Positions 1-9,022 of a DNA stretch of 64,000 nt are shown here, piece after piece; the stretch's first letter is position 1, and every line of letters begins with the position of its first letter. Location of the stretch: positions 960,001 to 1,024,000 of the forward strand of contig CAWJEN010000006.1 of assembly GCA_963841915.1 (NCBI GenBank). The letters are read 5' to 3'. This DNA is from an uncultured Planctomycetota bacterium (GTDB lineage Bacteria > Planctomycetota > Phycisphaerae > Tepidisphaerales > Tepidisphaeraceae). Under the pieces are notes generated by a model. It had not been told where the DNA came from, made no database searches, and saw only the letters and a list, made by a program, of their open reading frames with translations. A program made the translations under genes and the position numbers.

Positions 1-636
1 GAGCCGTTGCCTGACCTCTGCTGCCTCCCGGAGCGTCGGTACCGAGATGACGCGGATCGACGCCCGCTCACCGTACCGGCGGCCGAACTCTGCACGCAGC
101 ATCTCGTCGGTCAATCCGCGATCGACTGTCGGCCCGGCACCTTTGCGAAGCAGGGCGTTTGTCTCGATCGTCACGTCGAACTCGGCCCGGCTGATGCCTT
201 GCCGTGCGAGCAGCTGCGTCATCGCCTGCTCATATTGATCGGGCGGAACCTGGTCACCGAACGCCTGGGCGAGTGTGCGATTCCGCTCGTTCTGCATGTC
301 TTCATCAGTCAGCGTCAGGCCAAGCTGCTTGGCCTGCTCCCGCGCGAGTTCCCGTTGCATGAGCTGCAACGCAGCGTCGAGGCCTCGCGTCTCCCGTAGA
401 AAGTCGTCGTAGTCCTCCTCGCTCAGCGTCACCCGCACATCGGCAACCGTTGCGACGGCAATGGCCTTGCCGCGGGTGGTGGGCGAGATCTGCGTCGTCG
501 GCAGGGCGACAGGCTCATCGACCGGCACGTCGAGCACCATCGGCACGACGGGCGGCTTGGATGCCGCAGCGTCGGGCTCGGCAGGCGAGGAACAACCAAC
601 GACGAGCAGGGCGGTGATGAGGCACAGGCGATGCAT
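1..636 (-). CDS. PrsA/SurA-like foldase lipoprotein (peptidylprolyl isomerase), 3' end outside window
   Basis: Manual translation (not in ORF track): MHRLCLITALLVVGCSSP (lipobox-like), then a helical SurA-N-like region ..AREQAKQLGLTLTDEDM..LLARQGISRAEF..; frame open to the window edge. Confidence 0.6.
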   Translation of the reverse strand, partial: MHRLCLITALLVVGCSSPAEPDAAASKPPVVPMVLDVPVDEPVALPTTQISPTTRGKAIAVATVADVRVTLSEEDYDDFLRETRGLDAALQLMQRELAREQAKQLGLTLTDEDMQNERNRTLAQAFGDQVPPDQYEQAMTQLLARQGISRAEFDVTIETNALLRKGAGPTVDRGLTDEMLRAEFGRRYGERASIRVISVPTLREAAEVRQRL

Positions 637-836
637 GCGGTCACGATAGTTCGCAGCCGGTCGTGCCGTTGAGGAGCAAGTGTCAGGCTGTAGTGGATGC
701 GCGGGCGGGCAGACAAAAAAGGTTGTGTTCTTCGCGCTGTCTTTACAGTCGAGAAGGAACGGTTCGTGTATGGTGCGGCCGTCGACGCGGGACGCTCCCG
801 CTCGTCCACCCTCAGACTCGATTGGGAGAAACCCGC

Positions 837-1535
837 ATGCTTAAGACCACCCTCACCGCCGCCGCCGCCATTGCCGCTGCTGCTTCGTTCGCCTCGGCCG
901 ACCTCATCATCTCCGAAGTCATCGACGGCACCCTCGCCGGTGGCAACCCCAAGTTCGTCGAAATCACGAACACCGGCGCCGCCGACTTCACCTTCGCCGA
1001 CGGCGGCATCATCGTCCAGTCCAACCTCTCGACCGACCTCGACATCGATGTCGACCTGACGGGCATCACGATCGTCGCCGGTGACTCCTACGTCATCCAG
1101 TCGGCGAGCAACGACGGCGAAACCGTCTTCGAAGACACCTATGGTTTCGCAGCTGACCTCTACACGCCGGCCTTCTTCAGCAACGGCGACGACCGTTACA
1201 TCCTGGCCGACGCCACCGACGGCATGGGCGTCGCGACCAACCTCGTCGACATATACGGCGAGATTGACGTCGACGGCACCGGCACCGTCTGGGACTTCCT
1301 CGACGGCTACTCGTATCGCCTGCCGACCGCCATCAGCAGCAACGGTGGTGTCTTTGACGCCTCCGAGTTCTTCTTCGGCGGTGTCGACTCGCTCGAGACC
1401 GGCGACGACGTGACCGAGACCGCGCTCATCCTGAGCCTAACCACGCCCGGCACGCACGTCTTCGTGCCCGAGCCGACCAGCCTGGCCCTCGTCGGCGTCG
1501 CCGGCCTCGCCGCACTGCGTCGCCGCCGCGCCTGA
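837..1535 (+). CDS. PEP-CTERM surface protein with lamin-tail-like domain
   Basis: Signal peptide MLKTTLTAAAAIAAAASFASA; LIISEV...KFVEITN motif; C-terminal VPEPTSLALVGVAGLAALRRRRA. Confidence 0.85.
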   Translation: MLKTTLTAAAAIAAAASFASADLIISEVIDGTLAGGNPKFVEITNTGAADFTFADGGIIVQSNLSTDLDIDVDLTGITIVAGDSYVIQSASNDGETVFEDTYGFAADLYTPAFFSNGDDRYILADATDGMGVATNLVDIYGEIDVDGTGTVWDFLDGYSYRLPTAISSNGGVFDASEFFFGGVDSLETGDDVTETALILSLTTPGTHVFVPEPTSLALVGVAGLAALRRRRA

Positions 1536-1564
1536 GTAACCCTTTCGAGGCGGAGAGATTGCAC

Positions 1565-1600
1565 CCGCCGACCGTCGCACCTGCGACGGTCGGCGGCTTT
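1565..1600 (+). terminator. Rho-independent terminator
   Basis: ccgccgaccgtcgca-cc-tgcgacggtcggcgg hairpin followed by cttt. Confidence 0.7.
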
Positions 1601-2029
1601 GTGTTGCTACGGTGCGGTATCGCCGAAGAAGCACCAGTCGTCAGGCGTACGCCACCCCGCGAACTGGCCCCGAAGCTCGGCATCGGGCGTTTGACGCACC
1701 ACGTCCTGTTCTGCGACGGCCCCGCCTGCTGCGACGCGCGAGCCGGCCGTATCGCCTGGGGCCAGCTCAAGCGCGATGCCGCTCGCGTGACGCTGTCGGG
1801 TGAGGCCAATGTGCTCGTCACACGCTGCGACTGCTTGAAGATGTGCGACCGCGGGCCGATTGCTGTCGTGTACCCGGAAGGCGTTTGGTACGAATTGGCC
1901 GACGCTGATTTGATTCGCAGGATGATCGAGGAGCATGTGCTGCAGGGCAGGCCGGTCGAGGAACACGTCTTTGTCCGCGATAAGCTCGGCCGTAGCATGG
2001 ACCATGAACCACCTGCCGAGGATGCGTAG
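1601..2029 (+). CDS. Thioredoxin-like [2Fe-2S] ferredoxin
   Basis: HVLFCDGPACC...CLKMCDRGPIAVVYPEGVWY...EEHVLQGRPV; start uncertain. Confidence 0.8.
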   Translation: MLLRCGIAEEAPVVRRTPPRELAPKLGIGRLTHHVLFCDGPACCDARAGRIAWGQLKRDAARVTLSGEANVLVTRCDCLKMCDRGPIAVVYPEGVWYELADADLIRRMIEEHVLQGRPVEEHVFVRDKLGRSMDHEPPAEDA

Positions 2030-2531
2030 CTTTCGTGCCGCTTTGCTCACCGCCGGCTTAGGCGTCGGCGTGGGCGTTTGCCTCTTGACCCTCACCGGCT
2101 TTCAGCAGGACGCCGCCCCAGCGACGCAACCGACCACCATGAGCGACACCGACTACAAGGAGGCCGAGCGTGGCCTGAAGTACCGCATCACGGCCGACGC
2201 GCCGGCAGACCGCGTTGCAGAAGACGGTGACGTCTTGATGGTTCACTACACCGGCAAGCTCCAGGACGGCACCGTCTTCGACACCAGCCGGCAGATCCGC
2301 CAAGGACAACGCGAGCCCTTCCCGGTCCCGATCATGATCCGTCTGGGTGACGGCCAGGTTATTCCCGGCTGGGAGATCGGCCTGCGCGGCATGAAGGTTG
2401 GAGAGAAGCGGGAACTGCTCATTCCCTCCGACCTGGCTTACGGCGACAAGGGTGCCGGTGGTGTCATCCCGCCCGGGGCGACCCTTACCTTTGATGTCGA
2501 ACTCATCGGGCTGGCGCGTAACGAGGAGTAG
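2022..2531 (+). CDS. FKBP-type peptidyl-prolyl cis-trans isomerase, exported
   Basis: VHYTGKLQDGTVFDTS, GQVIPGWEIGL, IPSDLAYG, TLTFDVELI; hydrophobic N-terminus. Confidence 0.92.
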   Translation: MRSFRAALLTAGLGVGVGVCLLTLTGFQQDAAPATQPTTMSDTDYKEAERGLKYRITADAPADRVAEDGDVLMVHYTGKLQDGTVFDTSRQIRQGQREPFPVPIMIRLGDGQVIPGWEIGLRGMKVGEKRELLIPSDLAYGDKGAGGVIPPGATLTFDVELIGLARNEE

Positions 2532-2551
2532 ACGGCAAGATTTGGCGCTTT

Positions 2552-2576
2552 AGCCGCGACGTCTGTCGCGGCTTTA
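2552..2576 (+). terminator. Probable terminator hairpin
   Basis: agccgcgac-gtct-gtcgcggct followed by tt. Confidence 0.5.
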
Positions 2577-2904
2577 TCATGCGCTGGAACAGGGTCTGAT
2601 TGTAACGATTAGGTGGGCTCTTCTGATGGTGTAGGCGGTCCTGGAGACGGGTGTCGGAATGACGTCCTGTCGCTGCAGAACGTCGTAGTGACCTGGCGTC
2701 GCCACAGTGGGGCTTCTGCCTCGGAAGCCGCCTGGCAGTCACTGGACGATCGTTTTTCTCGGACCATCGCGGCAGCAGGTTGAGGCAATGTAACGGCGGC
2801 TTGTGGTTCGATGCACTGGTACCGGATGTCGCCAACTCCGGGGGAAACCGGGGCGGCATGCGGGCCTGAATCCATCTACTTTCATTTGGGGGTTTTTAAA
2901 CAAC

Positions 2905-3255
2905 GTGCAGACACATGATCACCTTGATTCGAAACAATCGACGACGCTCACGCGGGCCGAGTGTCCGAGGCCGTCGGCAGATGTTGAGTTGGCCAGCTTC
3001 TACGCCAGCCGGGTCCGCTCGATGGCGGCAGAAGCTCGGGTCGGCCTGCCTGGCGGCGGGCTGAAGCTCGCAATCGCCGAAGCGGCCGAAATGGCCGCGG
3101 GGCGAACGGCCGACAGCGTGCTCGACACGGTGGCCGACCGGTTGCTGACGATCTTCGAGCGGGAAGCGGACCAACCGCTGCCCGCCGACGCGTCAGCCAC
3201 CCATGTTGAAGAGGCGACCGAACAGGCCGTCTCGTACATGCGGCTTGTCGACTGA
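2905..3255 (+). CDS. Hypothetical protein
   Basis: ORF fills the gap before the priA 3' end; no motif recognised; start uncertain. Confidence 0.45.
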   Translation: MQTHDHLDSKQSTTLTRAECPRPSADVELASFYASRVRSMAAEARVGLPGGGLKLAIAEAAEMAAGRTADSVLDTVADRLLTIFEREADQPLPADASATHVEEATEQAVSYMRLVD

Positions 3256-3316
3256 ATTTGGCTACGACACCTTCTACTCGAGGGCCCGGCAGCAACCCTG
3301 CCGGGCCCTTCTTGTG

Positions 3317-5806
3317 TCACAACAGGTTGACCGGATCGACATCGACCGCCACCCGATCGTTCTGCGACAGATGACCCGCAGCCCGCACGACCGCCAGCAC
3401 CCGCTGCAGGGGCGTCGCTGTCTCGGCCCGTAGTACGATCTGGTGACGGTGGTAGCCGGCAATTCTCGACACCGCGGCTGGCATCGGGCCATCAACGCTC
3501 ACGCCACCCGTCGCTTCTGCGGCGTCGGCAAAGACGCCCGCCAAAGTCTCGCCGCGGGTAATCACCTTCTCCTCGTCGCGGTCACGAAGAATAATTCGCA
3601 CCATCCGCCCGAACGGCGGGAGCCCGGTTTCTTGACGCAGCTTCAGCTCGCGTCTGGCAAACCCTTCATAATCCTGCCGCATCGCCGCCCGAATAGCGTC
3701 GTCGAACGGGTTGAATGTCTGCAGCACGACGCGGCCCGGGATCTCACCGCGACCGGCACGACCGGCAACCTGCGTGATGAGTCCGAAGGTCCGCTCTGCT
3801 GCCCGGAAGTCGGGCAGGCTCAGGCTCGTATCGCCACTGACGACGCCGACCAGGCTGACGTTGGGAAAGTCGAGCCCTTTGGCGATCATTTGGGTGCCAC
3901 ACAAGACATCAATTTCACCGGCGGCAAAGCGCTTCAGCACCCGCTCGTAGTCACCGCTGCCGCGCATGGTGTCGCTGTCGACCCGCTCGTAGACAAGGTT
4001 GGGAAACTTGCGGGCCAGCTCTTCCTCCATGCGCTGCGTCCCGAGCCCGAAGAGGTTGAGGTTGCCGCCCATCCGCTTGGCGGCCGAGTCGAGCGGGTCG
4101 ATCGCCAGGCAGTAATGACAATGAAGCTGGCCAGTGTGCAACGCCTTCTTGAATTGGGCTCCGACCGGCCCTTCGCCGGCCGTCCGGTGGTACGTCATCG
4201 TCGCATCGCAGAACCGGCACGTCACCGGCTCGTCGGTGCTCGGGTTGTAGACGAAGTTGGCATAACCGCGGCGATTGAGCAGCAAAATGGCCTGCTGACC
4301 CTGCTCCTTCGTGTGCGTGATGAGATGCTCGAGCCGCGGAGACAGCAGGTGAACACCCTTACGCATCCGAGCTGCCTGCTTCAGATCGACCAACTCGATC
4401 GTCGGCATCGGCCGATCGGCGACGCGGGTGGGCAGGCGGTGCAGGTGTGCCGAGCCGGAGGAACGCGAGGGAACTAAGGGAGCAAAGGGCCGCGAAAGTG
4501 CAGGAGTGCTGGAAGAGCCAGTAGCGACGGCTACGCCGTCTGAACCCTCTTCTCCTCCCTTCGCCTCTACGCGACTTCGCGTTCCTCCGACCGCACGCCA
4601 GTACGTCTCCAACGATGGCGTCGCGCTGCCCAGCACGATCGGGCAACCCGCCAATTGCGCTCGCTTGATGGCAACGTCCCGCGCGTGGTAGCGCGGGGCG
4701 GTGTCCTGCTTGTACGACGACTCGTGCTCCTCATCGACGACAAATAACCCCGGCCGCGGGACGGGGGCGAAAATGGCCGACCGTGCGCCGACGACCACTT
4801 CGGCCTGACCGGCGGCGATCTGTTGCCAGTACCGGTGTCGAGCCGACGCCGACAGGCCGCTGTGCAGCACGGCCACCCGTGGAAACCGCTCTTTGATCCG
4901 CTTCGTCGTCTGCGGCGTCAGCGCGATCTCCGGCACCAGCAACACCGCCTGTCGACCACGCTCGATGGCCTCTGCCATCAGTCGCAGGTAGACCTCGGTC
5001 TTGCCGCTCCCAGTGACGCCGAGCAACAGGTGCGTCGAGAAACCGCCGTCGCGAACGAGCGGGGCGACGTCATCGAACACGCGCTGCTGATCCGCGTTCA
5101 TCGCGTGCGGTGGCTCTATCGTCGGCGACGCTGGCATCTCGCCTAACGCCGGCAGGTCGGGCACCGTCTCCAGCGTCAGAAATCCCAGCTTTGCGGCCTT
5201 CTTCGCCGTCGGAATGGTGACTCCGGCCTCACCGGCGAGGCGCACGATGTCAATCGAGTCGCCGACTTCGAGCTGCATCAGGCGGCCCAGAAGCGAGCGA
5301 CGCTTCTTGGCGGTCGTCTTCTCGAACAGCTCCTGCAACGCCTCGGGCGGCAGGGCGGGTCGGGCAATCTGCGTGTAGCCGAGCCCGACTTTCTTCTTAA
5401 CCGCTCCGGGAATCATGCTCTCGAGCACGAGCCCCAGCGCGCAGCAGTAATATCGGCCGATCCACAGAGCAAGCCGCATCATGTCGGGCTCGATCAGCAC
5501 GCGTTCGTCGTCGATGGCCGTGACCGGCTTGAGTTTTGTCGCCGCCACACCTGCGGCCTTCTCATCGAACGTCTCGATGATGTCGACGACGTAACCGAAC
5601 TGCGTGCGATTCTTTCGGCCTAGCGGCACCCGTACCCGCTGACCGGCCCGCAGCGTCCGCACCAGCTTCGGCGGGACAACGTACGTCAGCATCTTGTCGA
5701 CCGCCTGCTCTAACGCCACCCGCGCAAATGGTCCCGCCGGCACCTCCGGCTGCGACGGGGCGTCGAGGAGCAGCTCATCAAAAAGAACGTCGGTCGACCC
5801 GGTCAC
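3317..5806 (-). CDS. priA: Primosomal protein N' (replication restart helicase)
   Basis: GVTGSGKTEVY, VPEIALTPQ, VDEEHE, GSATPS, GTQMIAKGLDFP, QVAGRAGR, VDVDP. Confidence 0.97.
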   Translation of the reverse strand: MTGSTDVLFDELLLDAPSQPEVPAGPFARVALEQAVDKMLTYVVPPKLVRTLRAGQRVRVPLGRKNRTQFGYVVDIIETFDEKAAGVAATKLKPVTAIDDERVLIEPDMMRLALWIGRYYCCALGLVLESMIPGAVKKKVGLGYTQIARPALPPEALQELFEKTTAKKRRSLLGRLMQLEVGDSIDIVRLAGEAGVTIPTAKKAAKLGFLTLETVPDLPALGEMPASPTIEPPHAMNADQQRVFDDVAPLVRDGGFSTHLLLGVTGSGKTEVYLRLMAEAIERGRQAVLLVPEIALTPQTTKRIKERFPRVAVLHSGLSASARHRYWQQIAAGQAEVVVGARSAIFAPVPRPGLFVVDEEHESSYKQDTAPRYHARDVAIKRAQLAGCPIVLGSATPSLETYWRAVGGTRSRVEAKGGEEGSDGVAVATGSSSTPALSRPFAPLVPSRSSGSAHLHRLPTRVADRPMPTIELVDLKQAARMRKGVHLLSPRLEHLITHTKEQGQQAILLLNRRGYANFVYNPSTDEPVTCRFCDATMTYHRTAGEGPVGAQFKKALHTGQLHCHYCLAIDPLDSAAKRMGGNLNLFGLGTQRMEEELARKFPNLVYERVDSDTMRGSGDYERVLKRFAAGEIDVLCGTQMIAKGLDFPNVSLVGVVSGDTSLSLPDFRAAERTFGLITQVAGRAGRGEIPGRVVLQTFNPFDDAIRAAMRQDYEGFARRELKLRQETGLPPFGRMVRIILRDRDEEKVITRGETLAGVFADAAEATGGVSVDGPMPAAVSRIAGYHRHQIVLRAETATPLQRVLAVVRAAGHLSQNDRVAVDVDPVNLL
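4456..4589. repeat. Palindromic (REP/MITE-like) element inside priA
   Basis: 13-bp perfect terminal inverted repeats cggaggaacgcga (4456-4468) and tcgcgttcctccg (4577-4589). Confidence 0.6.
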
Positions 5807-5836
5807 GTTCAGGAACGGTACGGGGTTCTCGGCCGA

Positions 5837-6319
5837 TCAGAAACGCTGGACGCTTTCGGCCCGACGCATCTCGCGTTCGGCGTCTTTGGCCTTCAGCGCC
5901 TCGCGCTTGTCAGCCTTACGTTTGCCGCGGGCCACGCCGACCTCGACCTTGGCCCGACCTTCCTTGAAGTAGATCTGCAAGGGCACAATCGTGACGCCGC
6001 GCTCGCGGGTCTCATCTTCAAGCTGACGAATCTCCCGGCGGTGGAGCAGGAGCTTGCGCAACCGCCGGGGGTCGTGGTTCAGAAACTCGGCCGCGTGCGG
6101 GTACGGATCAATGTGCACGCCCTGCAGAAACAGCTCGCCTCCCTCGAAGCGTGCAAAGGCGTCTGCCATCTGCGCATGGCCGTTGCGGAGCTGCTTGACC
6201 TCGGTACCGACGAGGCGGACGCCACACTCGATCGTGCGGCTGATCTCGTAATCGAAGCGGGCCTTGCGGTTGACCATCTTCGCCGGCTCGGCCGGGTTGC
6301 GTTTGCCCTTTTTGGCCAT
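5837..6319 (-). CDS. smpB: SsrA-binding protein
   Basis: NRKARFDY, LVGTEVKQLR, RKLLLHRREI, GKRKADKRE. Confidence 0.97.
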   Translation of the reverse strand: MAKKGKRNPAEPAKMVNRKARFDYEISRTIECGVRLVGTEVKQLRNGHAQMADAFARFEGGELFLQGVHIDPYPHAAEFLNHDPRRLRKLLLHRREIRQLEDETRERGVTIVPLQIYFKEGRAKVEVGVARGKRKADKREALKAKDAEREMRRAESVQRF

Positions 6320-6352
6320 CGAACCGGAACGGTAGGCGGCGTCGAGGTTGGG

Positions 6353-7168
6353 CTATCGGCCGATAAGCTTCTTCAGGCCGTACCAGGTCGCCTCACGCTG
6401 CACCTTGGCGATGGACTCGAGCAAAGGGATGTCCTTGGGGCACACCTGCACGCAGTTGCCGGCCTTGGAGCAGTTACCCACGCCGTCTTCGCCCATCATG
6501 ACAGCCATGCGGTCGTCCTTGAGGCTCTTGCCGGTGACGTGCTCGTTGAATAGACGAACCTGACTGATGACAGCAGCACCGACAAAGCCGTTGACCGGCG
6601 TGTACTGCGGGCATGCCTCCAAACACGAGCCGCACGAAATGCAACGGCTCAGCGGGTACCGCTCTTCCTGCGTCTTCTGGCTCTCCGCCGGACCTGGGCC
6701 AAGATCGTAGGTGCCGTCGATCGGGACCCAGGCCTTGACACGCTTAAGGTCGTTGAACAGTCGGCTGCGATCGACCTGCAGGTCGCGGACGAGCGGGAAC
6801 TTCGTCATCGGCTCGAGGCTTATGGCCTCACCGTCGTCGCTAACCTTGTCGACGAGCGTGCTGCACGCCTGGCGGACGCGGCCGTTGATCCGCATGGTGC
6901 ACGCGCCGCAAACCTCCTCCAGGCAGCCGCTGTCCCAGACGGGGCTCGTGACGTCGCGGCCCTCGATGGTCTTTGGGTGGGCCGCAATCCACTGCAGGCA
7001 AGAGATGATGTTCATGTTCGGCCGCTTGGGCACGTCGAACTCATCCCACCGCTTTTCGCGGTCGGGCCCGTCCTGCCGCGAGATGCGGATGCGGATCGTC
7101 TCCTTAGGCGACGGCGCTGCCGACGAGTGGTCCGGCTGACGGGTGGCATCGGTGACGGTGGGATTCAT
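6353..7168 (-). CDS. sdhB: Succinate dehydrogenase iron-sulfur subunit
   Basis: CLEEVCGACTM, CISCGSCLEACP, CSKAGNCVQVCP. Confidence 0.95.
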   Translation of the reverse strand: MNPTVTDATRQPDHSSAAPSPKETIRIRISRQDGPDREKRWDEFDVPKRPNMNIISCLQWIAAHPKTIEGRDVTSPVWDSGCLEEVCGACTMRINGRVRQACSTLVDKVSDDGEAISLEPMTKFPLVRDLQVDRSRLFNDLKRVKAWVPIDGTYDLGPGPAESQKTQEERYPLSRCISCGSCLEACPQYTPVNGFVGAAVISQVRLFNEHVTGKSLKDDRMAVMMGEDGVGNCSKAGNCVQVCPKDIPLLESIAKVQREATWYGLKKLIGR

Positions 7169-7185
7169 CTCATGGAACTCTACGC

Positions 7186-7218
7186 AAAAACGCCCGCCGC
7201 GTGCGTCGCGGCGGGCGT
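7186..7218 (-). terminator. Rho-independent terminator of the pilM operon
   Basis: acgcccgccgcg/cgcggcgggcgt stem with a T-run on the minus strand (aaaaa on +). Confidence 0.75.
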
Positions 7219-7264
7219 CCATCACAGTTTCTGAAAGGCCCGAAGCAGCCGAACCTGTTCGCGT

Positions 7265-8968
7265 TCAGCGGCCGTCTGCCACTTCATCGTTCTCTGTGGC
7301 GAGCTCGAGGAACTCGTCGTACTCGTCGCTCTCGTCCTCGTCGGGACGATGGGAGGTGAAGACGCCATCGGTTCCGGTGAGGACAGCGATCATGTCGCGA
7401 CCCTTGTCGTCAGCCAGGTCGTCGCGCATGTCGACGAGGAAGCGGCCGGTGAAGTAGTCGATGCCGTCAACCACGCCGCCGACCGGATCACCGGCTTCGA
7501 CTTTGAAGGTCTCTTCGTTCCACGAGCCCTTCTGCCAGCGGAAGACGCTGAATCTGGCGTCGCGAACCCGCCCGTCGGATTGGGGCGTGCCGACACTTTT
7601 CATGAACCACCGACGGATCGGAGCCACTGTCGTCGGCTCACTCCAGCCATCCCGCCAAAGCTCATCACGGGCTGCCGTCAGAGCGAGCTGCGACTCGAGC
7701 TCGGGATTGTCAGCAACCTTGACCGTGTCGAACAGCGGGTTGCGGAGGCTGTAGACGATGTTGTAACGGTAAGTTTCGCCGGGTTCTGCGGTCTCGTCGT
7801 AGATGACGCCTTCGATGTCGACCCCACCTGTGGCCGGATTAAATTCACCTGGAACCTCACCACCGATGTAGACCGGAATCTGACGGTCGCGTTCCTGAGT
7901 CTGTGGCTGTGAGTAGTCGCCGCCGTAGGGGTCACCGCCGAACTCGGTACCGCCGCCGCCAAATTCACCACCACCACCAAAAGGATCGTTACCACCGTAG
8001 GGGTCAAAGCCGCCACCGCCGTAGGGGTCGACGGGCGGGCGACCGCCGCTGTTTGGGCCGTAGGGTGGACGGCGACCGTCATTCGGGTTGGGCCGACGAG
8101 GACGCTCTGGCGGGGCAGCTTCCTCGCCTTCTTCGGCCTCTTCCTCGGGAAGCGGCTCGGCGGCGACTTCTTCGGGACGGTCACCGGCCAACACCGGATA
8201 AAAAGGCGGCTGGGCGATCAACATCGGTTCGCCACGGGCAAACTCGAGGTAAATCTGCTTGTCTTCACGCGTCGCCGACTCGTCAGGCATCTTCGGCCAC
8301 GTGACGTTGCGCAGGTCGGCGATGTCGGTCGTCTCGCCGAACTCGCCGCTGCTGAGCTGTCGCTCGCGGATCAGCTTGACGTCGAGCAACGACGTCTGCG
8401 ACACCCGGCTGGGCAGCGCAACGCTGGCAAAGCGGTCGCGAATCTCGTTCATCGGCAGCGACCAGCGGACGGCGACGAAGACAACGTCTTCCTCACCGAC
8501 CTCCGGCACGTCGACCATCGCCTTTCCGCTGTTGGCGAACGTGATGGTCGCCGGGGGCAGCTCTGGAAGTGAATCAAGCGTGCCAGCCCCGCCGTCCTCC
8601 TCGGGTCGCGTGTAATCGGGCACCGGGCTCCGCGGCCCGACGAGTGCGAGCTCGTCTGCCGCGATCGGCTCACCGATTTGTCGCGTCCGGCCGACGAGAA
8701 TTTCAACATCTCTTGGCCGCACTTCGGTCATGATGCCTGCCTCAGACGCCGTAGTGCGTTCGAGGGCCTTGCCTTCAGTGTCATAGACGCGTTGATCGAC
8801 TTCGCCGGGACCGACGGTGTCGTTGGTGCCAAACGGTGCCGAGGCAACGCCAGGGTCCAGGACGTAAGTCCACAGCGTCCAAAGTAGCAGCAGGCCGGCC
8901 AATCCCAGCACCAGGAACTGCACGTAGCTCTCGAGGAAACCGCCGACTTTCTTGAGGTACTTATCCAT
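7265..8968 (-). CDS. Membrane-anchored hypothetical protein, third gene of the pilM operon
   Basis: N-terminal TM helix; Gly/Pro/Tyr/Phe-rich insert; co-directional with pilM. Confidence 0.75.
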   Translation of the reverse strand: MDKYLKKVGGFLESYVQFLVLGLAGLLLLWTLWTYVLDPGVASAPFGTNDTVGPGEVDQRVYDTEGKALERTTASEAGIMTEVRPRDVEILVGRTRQIGEPIAADELALVGPRSPVPDYTRPEEDGGAGTLDSLPELPPATITFANSGKAMVDVPEVGEEDVVFVAVRWSLPMNEIRDRFASVALPSRVSQTSLLDVKLIRERQLSSGEFGETTDIADLRNVTWPKMPDESATREDKQIYLEFARGEPMLIAQPPFYPVLAGDRPEEVAAEPLPEEEAEEGEEAAPPERPRRPNPNDGRRPPYGPNSGGRPPVDPYGGGGFDPYGGNDPFGGGGEFGGGGTEFGGDPYGGDYSQPQTQERDRQIPVYIGGEVPGEFNPATGGVDIEGVIYDETAEPGETYRYNIVYSLRNPLFDTVKVADNPELESQLALTAARDELWRDGWSEPTTVAPIRRWFMKSVGTPQSDGRVRDARFSVFRWQKGSWNEETFKVEAGDPVGGVVDGIDYFTGRFLVDMRDDLADDKGRDMIAVLTGTDGVFTSHRPDEDESDEYDEFLELATENDEVADGR

Positions 8969-9022
8969 GGAAGGTGCGTTGAAGGAGTCGCAAGGGGCAG
9001 AGTCGGATCGCTGTCGAGCTCA

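Noticed and set aside
5807..6352. tmRNA next to smpB; tRNAs anywhere in the window
   Set aside because: No intergenic room and no tRNA-like ends or T-loop motifs recognised
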